Position numbers and translations under genes: made by a program. This document shows, piece after piece, positions 26,885-35,685 of a stretch of DNA of 35,854 bases. Position 1 is the stretch's first letter. Each line of letters begins with the position of its first letter. The DNA is from Candidatus Nanoarchaeia archaeon (GTDB lineage Archaea; Nanobdellota; Nanobdellia; Woesearchaeales; GW2011-AR9), in the NCBI GenBank assembly GCA_035289345.1, contig DATDXK010000105.1:1-35854 (forward strand). The letters are read 5' to 3'. The notes beneath the pieces are model-generated. The model worked only from the letters and a program-made list of their open reading frames with translations, was not told where the DNA came from and ran no database searches.

Positions 26885-27025
26885 ACAGATGATTTATAGC
26901 TAGTGTGATAAATTATCAAACTAATAGCAAATCTCGTTAATTATGAAACTTGTCGAGATTTGCTAGTATAGTAAATCGCATGGTGTAATGTTCCATTACT
27001 TTTGTGATTTACTATTTGCATCTGT
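26885..27025. other. Highly structured AT-rich element between convergent genes: outer 7-bp helix enclosing two 12-bp hairpins
   Basis: ACAGATG (26885-91) pairs with CATCTGT (27019-25). TAGCAAATCTCG (26925-36) pairs with CGAGATTTGCTA (26954-65), perfect. ATAGTAAATCGC (26968-79) pairs with GTGATTTACTAT (27004-15), 11 bp plus a G-U, with inner GTAATG/CATTAC. Palindrome TGATAAATTATCA at 26905-17. Confidence 0.5.
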
Positions 27026-27098
27026 AATCAACAAGTAGATTAATAATTATAAAACTTTCTTTATTCTAAAAATAGTTAGCACAACTTTCAATCAGGAA

Positions 27099-27785
27099 TT
27101 AATAAAAATTTACTTTTCCATCGCAAATTATTCCTTTTTTCAACTCTACCGGCCGCCAGTCATCTTCCACCAAAGTGGCTTCCAGCCAGCTGGCCAGCAG
27201 CTCTTTATTTCCAATAGTGGCGCTTAACCCAATAACTTGCGGCTGGATCATTTTTTTTAACAAGGTAATAATCACTTCTAAAGTAGGCCCGCGGGAAGGA
27301 TCATTTAACAAATGAATCTCATCAATAATGATCAGCTTGACCTCAGGCAGCCAAGTAATTTTGTGCCGTAGCAAGCTGTCTAATTTCTCGGAGGTTAACA
27401 CTAGCAAATCATAACAGTTCAAATAAGATGAATCAGAATCTATGTCTCCGATAGCTATCGTTACAGTATAATCATTGGCCTTATCATTACTATTATTATT
27501 ACTATTATCATCATTCCTGTTCAATAAAGCTTGATATTCGCGATATTTTTCTTTAGCCAAAGCCTTGAGGGGAACGATGTACAGCGCTTTGCCTTGGCCT
27601 AATATATTAGCAATGGCCATGGTGGCAATCAGCGTTTTGCCGGAAGCGGTGGGTGCGCAAACTAACAGGGAAGCGCCGTTGAGCAGCCCGGCCAGGATGG
27701 CTTTTTCTTGTACTGGGGTTAAAATATTGAAATGAGCATACTTCTGGATAAAAAATGCCGGCAGGGGCAGGCTGGTTAGTTCCAT
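27099..27785 (-). pseudogene. Hel308/Ski2-like superfamily-2 helicase fragment (first RecA domain only)
   Basis: Motifs I APTASGKT, Ia YIVPLKALA, II DEIH and III SAT are present. The ORF stops about 30 aa after motif III, with no helicase-like coding potential downstream. Contains an Asn/Asp-rich low-complexity insert NRNDDNSNNNSNDKAND. Confidence 0.6.
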
Positions 27786-27992
27786 GGCAGTTATTTTAAC
27801 CAATACTTTATATGGTTTTGTGAGTTTTACAATGATTTCTTTGCAATACTGATGTTCTAATCTAGAACTTTGTTCTAGGTTTATGGTTTTTGTTATTAAG
27901 GGATGATGAACCTCTATAACTAGAAAATTTCCTAGTTTCAGGCTTTAATGGCAATGCATTAGTTTTTCCATCTTATGTTTTTGCGAAAGGCT

Positions 27993-28000
27993 TATAAATC
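27993..28000 (+). promoter_or_regulatory. TATA box of the S-layer gene promoter (preceded by purine-rich BRE-like GCGAAAGG)
   Basis: TTATAAAT lies about 160 nt upstream of the ATG, implying a ~140-nt leader. Confidence 0.45.
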
Positions 28001-28144
28001 ATTTTTTGGTAATTAGAGTACGCTATTAAGAGTTTCATCTGCAAACAGCGGAATAGTCGTCTATAAGATCGAAAAGGTTATTCCTTTCGGGTTAGCCCTT
28101 CGGAATTCTTATTGATGGCCTTTAAGATTAGTCTATTCAAACAC

Positions 28145-28151
28145 GGAGGTG
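28145..28151 (+). promoter_or_regulatory. Shine-Dalgarno site of the S-layer gene
   Basis: GGAGGTG, 10 nt upstream of the ATG at 28162. Confidence 0.65.
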
Positions 28152-28161
28152 TGTTTAGAAA

Positions 28162-30783
28162 ATGAAAATAAAACGAATGGTAAGGCGGTTATTTGCCGTA
28201 GGCACTGGTGTAGCGATGTTAGGGGCTACCGCTATGGGCGCAATGGCTGCTGACTTAAGTGATTATCCTACAATGTTTGTTGACAACGGTAGGTTTAACG
28301 GATTCCTGGTTGTAGGAGATAGTGCTCAACCAGTTGACAACTTGGCAATGACCGATATTGCTGCTAGAATGATGGTAGCAGGCAGTAAAGGCTCTACCAG
28401 CACTGCAGTAACTGGCGACGCTTGGCTGGTTGGAACCAGTTCCAAAAAATTAGAATTAGCTAACAGCAACACCACTTCTTCTTCCATTGCCGGTGAAACT
28501 TTTAGGGACATTAATACATTTATCGGTGAAGAGGATCTGGGAGCTTTAGCTGACGGCACATGGTCTACCAATGAGAATGATTACGGCTTCCAGCAATTCT
28601 TGTTCTTTGACGGTGAAGGAGAAGCCGGATTGCCAACCAACCGGGTTGTGAAATATAGCGAGAACGATGACGATGTGACTGATTTGCATGCATTCTTCAA
28701 GTCTGGAAAGCAGATTGGCCGGTTCAAGCTGGAGTTCAGTTCCAACGCCCAATCAGATGTTACGGATTCTACCGGAACATCCACGACAACTGGTACGTAT
28801 TTAGATGATTTTGAAAACACCGACTTGTCGTTCATGGGAAGGGATTATTCAGTTGTTTTAGCCCGAAGGACCAGTTCCGGCGGAGATGAAAACCAGAACG
28901 GTATCAAATTAACTTTGATGGCGGGAGCTACCCGTGATACTTTATTGGAAGGGGAATCCAGAACATACGCCGTGGGCACTAAAAGCTACGACGTAGAGCT
29001 GAGTTTCACTGATTCGGATGAAGCTAAATTCATCGTCAATGGCGAAGCTACCAACAAGTTGAAAGTAGGGGAAACTTACGTCTTAGGTGATAAAAGCGAG
29101 ATTGGTGTAAGTGAAATATTGTACCAAGCTTACTCTGGAGGGGTTCATTCAGCTACGTTCTTTGTCGGGGCCCAAAAGATTGTGCTTCAGGATGACGATA
29201 TTACTGCCGTAAACACTGGAGACAAGAAGTTGAGAGTAGGCGCGGAAGATATTGACGGCACTAACGTCTTCTTTACCGGTACTGACAACAACGTGACCTT
29301 TTCAGTCAGCACGATTGAAGTGAACATGACTTCAGATGATGACTACTTCCTGGGCGCAGGCCAGAAGTTAAGCGATGTTATCGCTGCTTCCGGGGAAGAG
29401 AAAGAAGTGTTGATGTTTGGCGGCTTAGATGTAGAGTTTACGGGATTGGCAGCTGAAACTACCAGGGAATTAAAGTTAAGCAGCTCTTCGGCTAGAAAAT
29501 ACGAGCTTAACTTGTATGATGGAGACGGAAATCTGGTAGCTATTCCTACAGCTTATGCTGAAAGTACCACTAACATAAGTATAGGTGGGGATAGTGTAGC
29601 TGGTGGAAATGGCAACCGTAAACGGCTGCACTTGAACGAGAGTCAGACTACCGCGACAGCTCAGCCAGACTGGGGATTAAGAAACACTGAGATTTTCAAG
29701 AATGACTACTTTGTGTTAACTGGTGGAACGGCTAGTGATGGTTCAGCTAAGTCTTACTTGCTGCAGTACCGTGGAGCAGATAAAAGCGGTGATACTGCGC
29801 CTAAGATTAAGTTCAAGAACGTGGGCAGTGGCGAAACGTTAGAGTATGCAGCTACTACCAGTGGGACAACGGTTGTTGACGTGGCTACCATTAAGCTAGG
29901 TGGTTATTCCTTCCTAGTGCAAAATGCTTCTACTCAGGCCAGTGACGATTACACTGTCTTTGTGGACATGGATGGTGGTGGAGCTATAACTGCTAACAGT
30001 GCGGCTTTTATAACTTTTGTTGACTACTATGGTTCACAGTGGGCTTGGGCAACGAATAGTACTATTGCCGGACCTACAGCAGTCAATTTGATGGTAAATG
30101 GTTCGGTGGGCTTAAGTACGTTTAACATTACCCAGACCACACCTAATGCGGATGACTATGATAACATAGCTCCTTCAAATGTAGCGCTTCAGGTAAGCTT
30201 AGCAGCTGGTCCAGAAGTCAGGGTAGCTCAGACTGGTCTAACCTTAATCACCCCAGATGGAGAAACTGAGATTGCTTACGGCTACACTTCCACTGGTACT
30301 AAAGTAACCTTGAAGTCTCCAAGCGGAGACCCGCAAGAGTTAGTTTTGGAATACCCAGAGAAGCAGAGGCTACCACAAGTGTACTTCACTTCCGGAGCAA
30401 CCACCAAAGCTGTTTCATCGGCTGGCGGGAACTTGGTTTCCGTAGAAGTTGTGGATGCCACCAAGCTAGCTAGTGAAATCTCTAGCGTGGAAGCACAAAA
30501 CCTGATTGTAGTTGGTGGCCCTTGTGTTAACCGCGTGGCTGCTGAATTGCTAGGCAACCCAGCAGACTGTTCAACTGGATTTACGCCTGGTGAAGCACGA
30601 GTTAAGCTGTTTGAGCACTCTAACGGCAACATGGCCATGTTAGTTGCTGGCTACTCGGGAGCAGACACCAGATTGGCAGGTAAAGTTGTAGCTAACAGGC
30701 CTGGCGACTTAGTGGGAAGCGAAGTAGTGATTTCTGGTCCAACGGCTAGCAGCGCTACGGTCAGAAGGGTAGGCGCACAATAA
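28162..30783 (+). CDS. S-layer (surface layer) protein, Methanococcus-type N- and C-terminal domains
   Basis: Signal peptide ...GATAMGAMAADLSDYPTMFV followed by FLVVGDSAQPVDNLAMTDIAA (S-layer N domain). C-terminal AQNLIVVGGPCVNRVAAELLG...MLVAGYSGADTRLAG (S-layer C domain). Thr/Ser/Gly/Ala-rich composition. Confidence 0.88.
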   Translation: MKIKRMVRRLFAVGTGVAMLGATAMGAMAADLSDYPTMFVDNGRFNGFLVVGDSAQPVDNLAMTDIAARMMVAGSKGSTSTAVTGDAWLVGTSSKKLELANSNTTSSSIAGETFRDINTFIGEEDLGALADGTWSTNENDYGFQQFLFFDGEGEAGLPTNRVVKYSENDDDVTDLHAFFKSGKQIGRFKLEFSSNAQSDVTDSTGTSTTTGTYLDDFENTDLSFMGRDYSVVLARRTSSGGDENQNGIKLTLMAGATRDTLLEGESRTYAVGTKSYDVELSFTDSDEAKFIVNGEATNKLKVGETYVLGDKSEIGVSEILYQAYSGGVHSATFFVGAQKIVLQDDDITAVNTGDKKLRVGAEDIDGTNVFFTGTDNNVTFSVSTIEVNMTSDDDYFLGAGQKLSDVIAASGEEKEVLMFGGLDVEFTGLAAETTRELKLSSSSARKYELNLYDGDGNLVAIPTAYAESTTNISIGGDSVAGGNGNRKRLHLNESQTTATAQPDWGLRNTEIFKNDYFVLTGGTASDGSAKSYLLQYRGADKSGDTAPKIKFKNVGSGETLEYAATTSGTTVVDVATIKLGGYSFLVQNASTQASDDYTVFVDMDGGGAITANSAAFITFVDYYGSQWAWATNSTIAGPTAVNLMVNGSVGLSTFNITQTTPNADDYDNIAPSNVALQVSLAAGPEVRVAQTGLTLITPDGETEIAYGYTSTGTKVTLKSPSGDPQELVLEYPEKQRLPQVYFTSGATTKAVSSAGGNLVSVEVVDATKLASEISSVEAQNLIVVGGPCVNRVAAELLGNPADCSTGFTPGEARVKLFEHSNGNMAMLVAGYSGADTRLAGKVVANRPGDLVGSEVVISGPTASSATVRRVGAQ

Positions 30784-30785
30784 GC

Positions 30786-30819
30786 TTTATTTTTTTCTTT
30801 TTTTTCTTTTTCTGTTTTT
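30786..30819 (+). terminator. Oligo-T terminator region after the S-layer gene
   Basis: TTTATTTTTTTCTTTTTTTTCTTTTTCTGTTTTT begins 3 nt after the stop codon. Archaeal termination typically uses T-runs. Confidence 0.6.
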
Positions 30820-30901
30820 AGTGAGCCAAATTGTTTAGGGGATTGTTGTTCTCGAAAATTTACTAGTAAAGTATATAAATATCAAGGTGCTTAATCTTGA
30901 T

Positions 30902-31048
30902 ATGGAAACGGTTACAATACCAAAAGAAGAGTATGAACTGCTCAAGCACAAGGCAGAGATAGATGAAGATTTATTAGTTTCATTAATTAAAGGACTGGAA
31001 GATATTAAAGCAGGCCGCATTAAGCCTTGGAAAATGGTTATAAATTAA
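30902..31048 (+). CDS. 48-aa antitoxin-like small protein (below the ORF-track size cutoff)
   Basis: METVTIPKEEYELLKHKAEIDEDLLVSLIKGLEDIKAGRIKPWKMVIN. TATA-like GTATATAAAT lies about 30 nt upstream. The 3' end overlaps the convergent RelE-like gene by 11 nt. Confidence 0.45.
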   Translation: METVTIPKEEYELLKHKAEIDEDLLVSLIKGLEDIKAGRIKPWKMVIN

Positions 31049-31352
31049 GTTTAGTTCTTATTTCTTGGTGATAATGAGGAATTAATGATTTTATTCTATC
31101 AATTGTATCCTGTTGATCTTTTTTTGTGCTAATCGTAATGACAAAAACAACGACCTGCTCTTTATAAATAAGATAGTAAACGCGATAATTCATGATTCTT
31201 TTTTCTCTAAAAAATCTGTAGCCTAGTGGTTTTCCAGAATAAGGGTTTTCTTCAAGTTGATCAACTTCTTTAGCGATCTCTCGTTGCAACTGTTGGTCTA
31301 GTTTTTGGTATCGCTTATCAAATTCATCAGTGGTGAAGACCTTATAAGCCAT
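31038..31352 (-). CDS. RelE/ParE-superfamily type II toxin
   Basis: FDKRYQKLDQQLQREIAKEVDQLEENPYSGKPLGYRFFREKRIMNYRVYYLIYKEQVVVFVITI matches the RelE/StbE pattern (..L..NP..GKPL....R.. YR..Y.I......V..I). Confidence 0.7.
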   Translation of the reverse strand: MAYKVFTTDEFDKRYQKLDQQLQREIAKEVDQLEENPYSGKPLGYRFFREKRIMNYRVYYLIYKEQVVVFVITISTKKDQQDTIDRIKSLIPHYHQEIRTKLNL

Positions 31353-31610
31353 ATTTCCATGAAAAGTACGATTTGATATAACAGTTTAGTAGTTAATGTT
31401 TTTGTTCAAATTTCGGATGCCTACTGAGGCAGCTGTAACATCCTAAGGACACTTTGCCAAATAATTAAAAACAATCTGGATTAGGATTAATCTTTGAGTC
31501 ACTAACTAAGCCTCGCTAATTTTACAGCTAAGTCTCAGCAAAGTATTTATACTTAAATATAATAACTAAAACGGTGATGTCGCATCAAATATAAGCCTTA
31601 TATTCCCGTA

Positions 31611-32618
31611 GTGCTGCTGCTGATCTTTCTAGTCATCTCTTTTTTAATTCTTAAGCCAATTTTATTATCAATATTCTTAGGGGCCTTGCTGGCTTACCTC
31701 TCTTACCCGCTGCACGATTTATTTAGCAGAAAGATTAAAAATAAATTTATCCCTTCCTTGCTGGTTTCGATCATAGTTCTGCTGGTGATAGTTATCCCGG
31801 GAGTGGTTTTGCTGTCCATTTTAGCCGAGCAGTCTTACTCTTTGTTTCTGATCGGCAAGCAGAAAATCTCTGCCGGCATCTTTGAAAATTGCGCCAATAG
31901 TTTTTGCTCAATGCTAAAGGAAAACCTCCGTGATCTGGGCGTTAAATTGCAGCTGCAGAATTTGCTTAAAGCGGTAACTACCTGGTTCATCCAGAAAGGC
32001 TCAGTTGTGCTAGCCAGCGTCCCTCGCTTTATATTGAATGTGTTCATCGTCTTTTTTACCATGTTTTATTTTCTTAAAGACGGGAAGAAATTCCTGCAGA
32101 AAATTAATCAGCTGCTGAGCCTGGGCGACACGCGCTATTCATTTATTATGCAGAGACTGAAAGAAATCATTCACGGATTAGTTTTTGGCTCTCTCTTGGT
32201 GGCTATCATCCAAGGTCTGTTAGGCGCGCTGGGCTTCTTTATCTTTGGCGTACCCCTGCCCTTGTTATGGGGCGTGATTATGGCTTTTTTAGCCTTAATT
32301 CCAGCCTTAGGGACGGGGCTGGTCTGGTTCCCGGCTTCCTTGATTTTGTTCTTGAACGGCTTTTTTCAGGGCTCAGACAGTTTGATGATTAAAGGCCTGT
32401 TGCTGCTGCTTTATTCAATTACTATTGTTGGCACGATTGACAATATCCTGAAGCCGAAACTGGTCGGCAGCAAGGCTAAAATTCACCCTCTGATAATTTT
32501 TGTGGGAATTTTCGGTGGCTTGATTTTCTTTGGCGTGTGGGGGGTGATTTTAGGCCCGCTATTTTTGTCCATGACTTCCGTATTTATTGAATTATTCATC
32601 TCGCAAAAGCTCTCCTGA
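31611..32618 (+). CDS. AI-2E family transporter (PerM/UPF0118) membrane protein
   Basis: GTG start and about 8 TM helices. FFTMFYFLKDGKKF and ALIPALGTGLVWFP motifs are typical of UPF0118. Confidence 0.75.
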   Translation: MLLLIFLVISFLILKPILLSIFLGALLAYLSYPLHDLFSRKIKNKFIPSLLVSIIVLLVIVIPGVVLLSILAEQSYSLFLIGKQKISAGIFENCANSFCSMLKENLRDLGVKLQLQNLLKAVTTWFIQKGSVVLASVPRFILNVFIVFFTMFYFLKDGKKFLQKINQLLSLGDTRYSFIMQRLKEIIHGLVFGSLLVAIIQGLLGALGFFIFGVPLPLLWGVIMAFLALIPALGTGLVWFPASLILFLNGFFQGSDSLMIKGLLLLLYSITIVGTIDNILKPKLVGSKAKIHPLIIFVGIFGGLIFFGVWGVILGPLFLSMTSVFIELFISQKLS

Positions 32619-32665
32619 GCAGCCTTGTTTATAGCAGACACAACCAAGTTATGATAGTACTTTAA

Positions 32666-33130
32666 TTATCCCGTGCCATTATATCTTAACGAGTAGCTGA
32701 CCAGGCTGTTGACATAATCAGCAATATTAAGGACGGCAGGTATATTTTTAATGATAAATGTCTTATTTAGCGGCAAAGAATAAGTTTTAAAAAGTTTATC
32801 CCAGAAGCCTTTCTTGACTGCAGTAGAGCTAATATTTTGATATAAAATCTGCTTTTTCCCAAATACAATTCGGTCTCGGTAAAACAAATAATTTTTTCTG
32901 GCTTTTAGGCTGGCTAGGATAGTTCCCAAAATCAGGCAGCAGATCAGGATCAGCAGGGCTGCTAATTGTGTTTGATCCTCAGCTTTTGGGCTGACTTGCA
33001 GCAGGGATAGGTTTAAGATCACTCCCAGGTAAAAAATTACTCCTAAGACTGTCAGGCTAACTAGTTTAGGGATGATCGCTCTCTTCTTTTTTTGCGGCAG
33101 CAGGTACAGCGGGCGTTGATTTGGCTCCAT
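32666..33130 (-). CDS. Hypothetical membrane protein (two TM helices plus a possible bacterial-PH-like C-terminus)
   Basis: First ATG at 33130. TM segments VSLTVLGVIFYLGVILNLSLL and LAALLILICCLILGTILA. Confidence 0.4.
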   Translation of the reverse strand: MEPNQRPLYLLPQKKKRAIIPKLVSLTVLGVIFYLGVILNLSLLQVSPKAEDQTQLAALLILICCLILGTILASLKARKNYLFYRDRIVFGKKQILYQNISSTAVKKGFWDKLFKTYSLPLNKTFIIKNIPAVLNIADYVNSLVSYSLRYNGTG

Positions 33131-33223
33131 AGAAAGAAAAAGGATCTTTAAATTTAAATAATTTTGGTGTTTTATGGCTTCATCCAATCAAATGGCCCCC
33201 TTCCAGTTTTAGAATAGTTATAA

Positions 33224-33502
33224 CTAAATCCGGTGTTCTCTTTTTAAGGCTAGGTCAAAAGAAGAATGATGATGCCGTAATTTTTCCAGCAATTGATGGT
33301 GCTTATTCATCAAGTGAGTGAGTTCGATGGTTGCTCTCATGTGCTTGCTCTGATAGTGGTGCTTCTCCTTCAAGGTTTTGGCCCGGCTTAGGTTATAAAA
33401 GTGTTTTTCCGCCTTAAAGGTCATTTTTCTAAGCTTTTTATTTAAGGCCACCAAGTCTTTAGATAACAGGTATAAATGGCCAGCTTCATCGGTTAGGTGC
33501 AT
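33224..33502 (-). CDS. Hypothetical His/Lys-rich helical protein
   Basis: ATG start, 92 aa, no recognised family. Confidence 0.35.
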   Translation of the reverse strand: MHLTDEAGHLYLLSKDLVALNKKLRKMTFKAEKHFYNLSRAKTLKEKHHYQSKHMRATIELTHLMNKHHQLLEKLRHHHSSFDLALKREHRI

Positions 33503-33539
33503 GCTAATAGCATTATTTGATGATATTTAATTTTATTGC

Positions 33540-34205
33540 TTATTCATTTTTAATAATGATCATACAATGGTCTCGTTCATGTGGCTCAAGAATCTTGTAA
33601 TTAATTACGGTGAATTGCTGCTCTAGTTTTTTCCTGATCTCCTCAAAGATCTGCCTCGGTTTTTTCCTGGCATTAATGCTTTTCGCTTTCACTGCCAGTA
33701 ACCCATATCCACCAGGCTTCAAAAATAATTTGCAGTTCCTGATAAAAATATCCTCCTGGTTTCGCTGGGCTACATCTTGGTAAACTATATCTGCTTGGCA
33801 AACCCGTTGTAAGTATTCTTCCGGATGATTGGCGTCAGCCAGGAGCGGCACTATATTTTGGCGTTTTTGAGCCAAAAAAACCAGATCACGCATCACTCGC
33901 GGCGCAGGGTCGATGCCGAAGATTAACCCTTCCGGGCCAATCATGTCTGAAATAAAAGAAGCAGTGTAGCCATGCGAAATTCCTAAATATAAAATGACAT
34001 CATTCTTCCTTATTCCAGCATTGGTGCAGCTTTTCATGATCATTGCTGCTAATTTGCTTCTTCTTGGATCAAATTCACGGTATTCAGCCCCATTTTTAAG
34101 GATAGTTTTTTCATCGAAATGAATTGTTCCAGGACAAAGGCTTTTAGTGTAAATATTCCTTCCATCGTGATATATTTCAAAAATCTGGTGTGGCTTAATA
34201 CTCAT
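33540..34205 (-). CDS. flpA: Fibrillarin (C/D box sRNP rRNA/tRNA 2'-O-methyltransferase)
   Basis: EYREFDPRRSKLAAMI, VLYLGISHGYTASFISDMIG (SAM motif I) and IVPLLADANHPEEY. Start taken at MSIKPHQIF (34205); an upstream Lys-rich ATG at 34259 is also possible. Confidence 0.9.
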   Translation of the reverse strand: MSIKPHQIFEIYHDGRNIYTKSLCPGTIHFDEKTILKNGAEYREFDPRRSKLAAMIMKSCTNAGIRKNDVILYLGISHGYTASFISDMIGPEGLIFGIDPAPRVMRDLVFLAQKRQNIVPLLADANHPEEYLQRVCQADIVYQDVAQRNQEDIFIRNCKLFLKPGGYGLLAVKAKSINARKKPRQIFEEIRKKLEQQFTVINYKILEPHERDHCMIIIKNE

Positions 34206-34584
34206 GTTTAATTCCTTTTTCTTTTTGTTTAGCTTCTTGCCATAATTTTTTTTCTTCAAGTTCAGTTACCGGACAGTTTTCTAGCAGAAATGGTTTTCTT
34301 TGGGTAAACTTATCATAAGCAGCATCTAATATTTCCTGAACTGTACAATAACCTAAATCTTGAGCTTTAACAATAATTCCTAGACAATCCAAAAGCACAT
34401 CACCCAGTCCTTCTTTCAAACTTTGAGCAGATTCTAATTTAGCTTCTAACAATACTTCTTCAACTTCCTTACCCAATTCTTCAATTAGGTTAGGCAAAGA
34501 AATTTTTTTAATCCAAGGAGAGTACTGTAAATTCTTTAATTGCAATTCATACAACCGTTCAATTTGGTCTTTAATCTCTCTCAT
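34195..34584 (-). CDS. MazG-like all-alpha NTP pyrophosphohydrolase domain protein
   Basis: EXXE...EXXD metal-binding pattern: LGKEVEEVLLEAK...EGLGDVLLDCLG. Its ATG overlaps the nop5 stop (ATGA at 34581-34584) and its stop overlaps the flpA start by 11 nt. Confidence 0.6.
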   Translation of the reverse strand: MREIKDQIERLYELQLKNLQYSPWIKKISLPNLIEELGKEVEEVLLEAKLESAQSLKEGLGDVLLDCLGIIVKAQDLGYCTVQEILDAAYDKFTQRKPFLLENCPVTELEEKKLWQEAKQKEKGIKHEY

Positions 34585-35450
34585 TTTAATGCCTTTTCTA
34601 GCTCTTTTTTATACTCTTTAGCCTTAAATTCTCCTTTAAAGTAATCCAGCCGTGCGCATAAAGATAATTTGTCAGCCAGCATCCTGGAAGCTTTGCCTTT
34701 CATATCGCGGCTAACTTTCTGCACTAACTGATGATTAAGAATAATCCCATGCTTAGGGCTGCGGCTGCCGGTTTTGATATGCCTGAACAAGGCTTTTTCT
34801 GCTCCCAATAATTGAACTGTTGAAGCGGGCAGCAGGGCCAGCCGCTTCAGCCCCTTGGCTAATTCAATCAGCTTGGCGCCGATGGTCGTTCCAGCCAATT
34901 CCAATAAATTAGGGCAATACTTCTCCATTATCCCTTGGAGGTAAGTTTCCTGCAGATTTTTTAATTCATAAATTTCAGTTAGTTTTGCTGCTAAAAGGCT
35001 AATTTGATCAATATCTTTTTTATCCAAGTCAGCGCCCATGCTGTCAGAAATGTTGAATTCTTTAATCAGCGCACTTTTCGGCTGGCTGATTAATTTTAAG
35101 AAGGTTTGATGATCTTGGATTAATTCAGATAATTCCGGCAAATAAAGGGAATACCATTCCCTTAACCTTTTGCTGAGCAGATTATTGATCTTATCTAACT
35201 CAGAGATATTAGAAATGGCTTGCATGATCAGCTGGTCTTCCTGGACTGAATTCTTGATCGCTGCTTTGGTTAATTTCAGGTTCTCTTGGTAGAATTGTTT
35301 AAAGTAAAGTTTATTTTTGAACAAGGCTAATACTGCGGAAATTTTTTCAGGTGGGACTTCTTTAGCCTTCAGATCATCTTTGTTAGAGATAGCCGTGAAG
35401 GATTCATCAATAATGAAGGTTCCTAAAATGTTTTTAAATGCGTAGTTCAT
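34581..35450 (-). CDS. nop5: Nop5 (Nop56/58) C/D box sRNP core protein
   Basis: Nop domain AEKALFRHIKTGSRSPKHGIILNH and coiled-coil middle region. First ATG at 35450; the track start is GTG at 35498. Confidence 0.88.
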   Translation of the reverse strand: MNYAFKNILGTFIIDESFTAISNKDDLKAKEVPPEKISAVLALFKNKLYFKQFYQENLKLTKAAIKNSVQEDQLIMQAISNISELDKINNLLSKRLREWYSLYLPELSELIQDHQTFLKLISQPKSALIKEFNISDSMGADLDKKDIDQISLLAAKLTEIYELKNLQETYLQGIMEKYCPNLLELAGTTIGAKLIELAKGLKRLALLPASTVQLLGAEKALFRHIKTGSRSPKHGIILNHQLVQKVSRDMKGKASRMLADKLSLCARLDYFKGEFKAKEYKKELEKALK

Positions 35451-35685
35451 GTGGTAGTTTTGTGCGTAGTTTGAATTCACGCATTTGCTATATCTCACTT
35501 AAGCCTGCGACAAGCTTAAAGTGGAGTTATTATCGTCCATAATGCCGTTTGTTTTTAAAGATTTTGGATTAAATTGGTATTTTGAGAACTGTCAAGTAGT
35601 GCTAAAGTTATTTAAGTATTAAATTGTCCTTAGCTCTTAGTGTTAATTATATCGATATTCATTAAGAGTTAAAAGGAGATACGTT

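Noticed and set aside
28326-30638. Several 68-118 aa minus-strand ORFs inside the S-layer gene (28326-28571, 28546-28752, 28581-28835, 30282-30638)
   Set aside because: They are antisense shadow ORFs made possible by the locally higher G+C and low stop-codon frequency. They have no start context and no motifs.
30835-31020. 61-aa minus-strand ORF from the track
   Set aside because: Its Ser/Ile-rich nonsense-like translation sits opposite a plus-strand 48-codon ORF that has a promoter-like element and an antitoxin-like sequence. I preferred the plus-strand reading.
145-35498. N-terminal extensions in the ORF track that begin at TTG or GTG (for example 145, 11276, 13980, 14257, 15975, 16509, 23124, 27803, 33187, 35498)
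   Set aside because: In each case an in-frame ATG lies a few codons downstream and gives a protein that starts where homolog families normally start, often with a GGAG-type site or a coupled overlap. Coordinates were trimmed to that ATG, but the true starts remain unverified.
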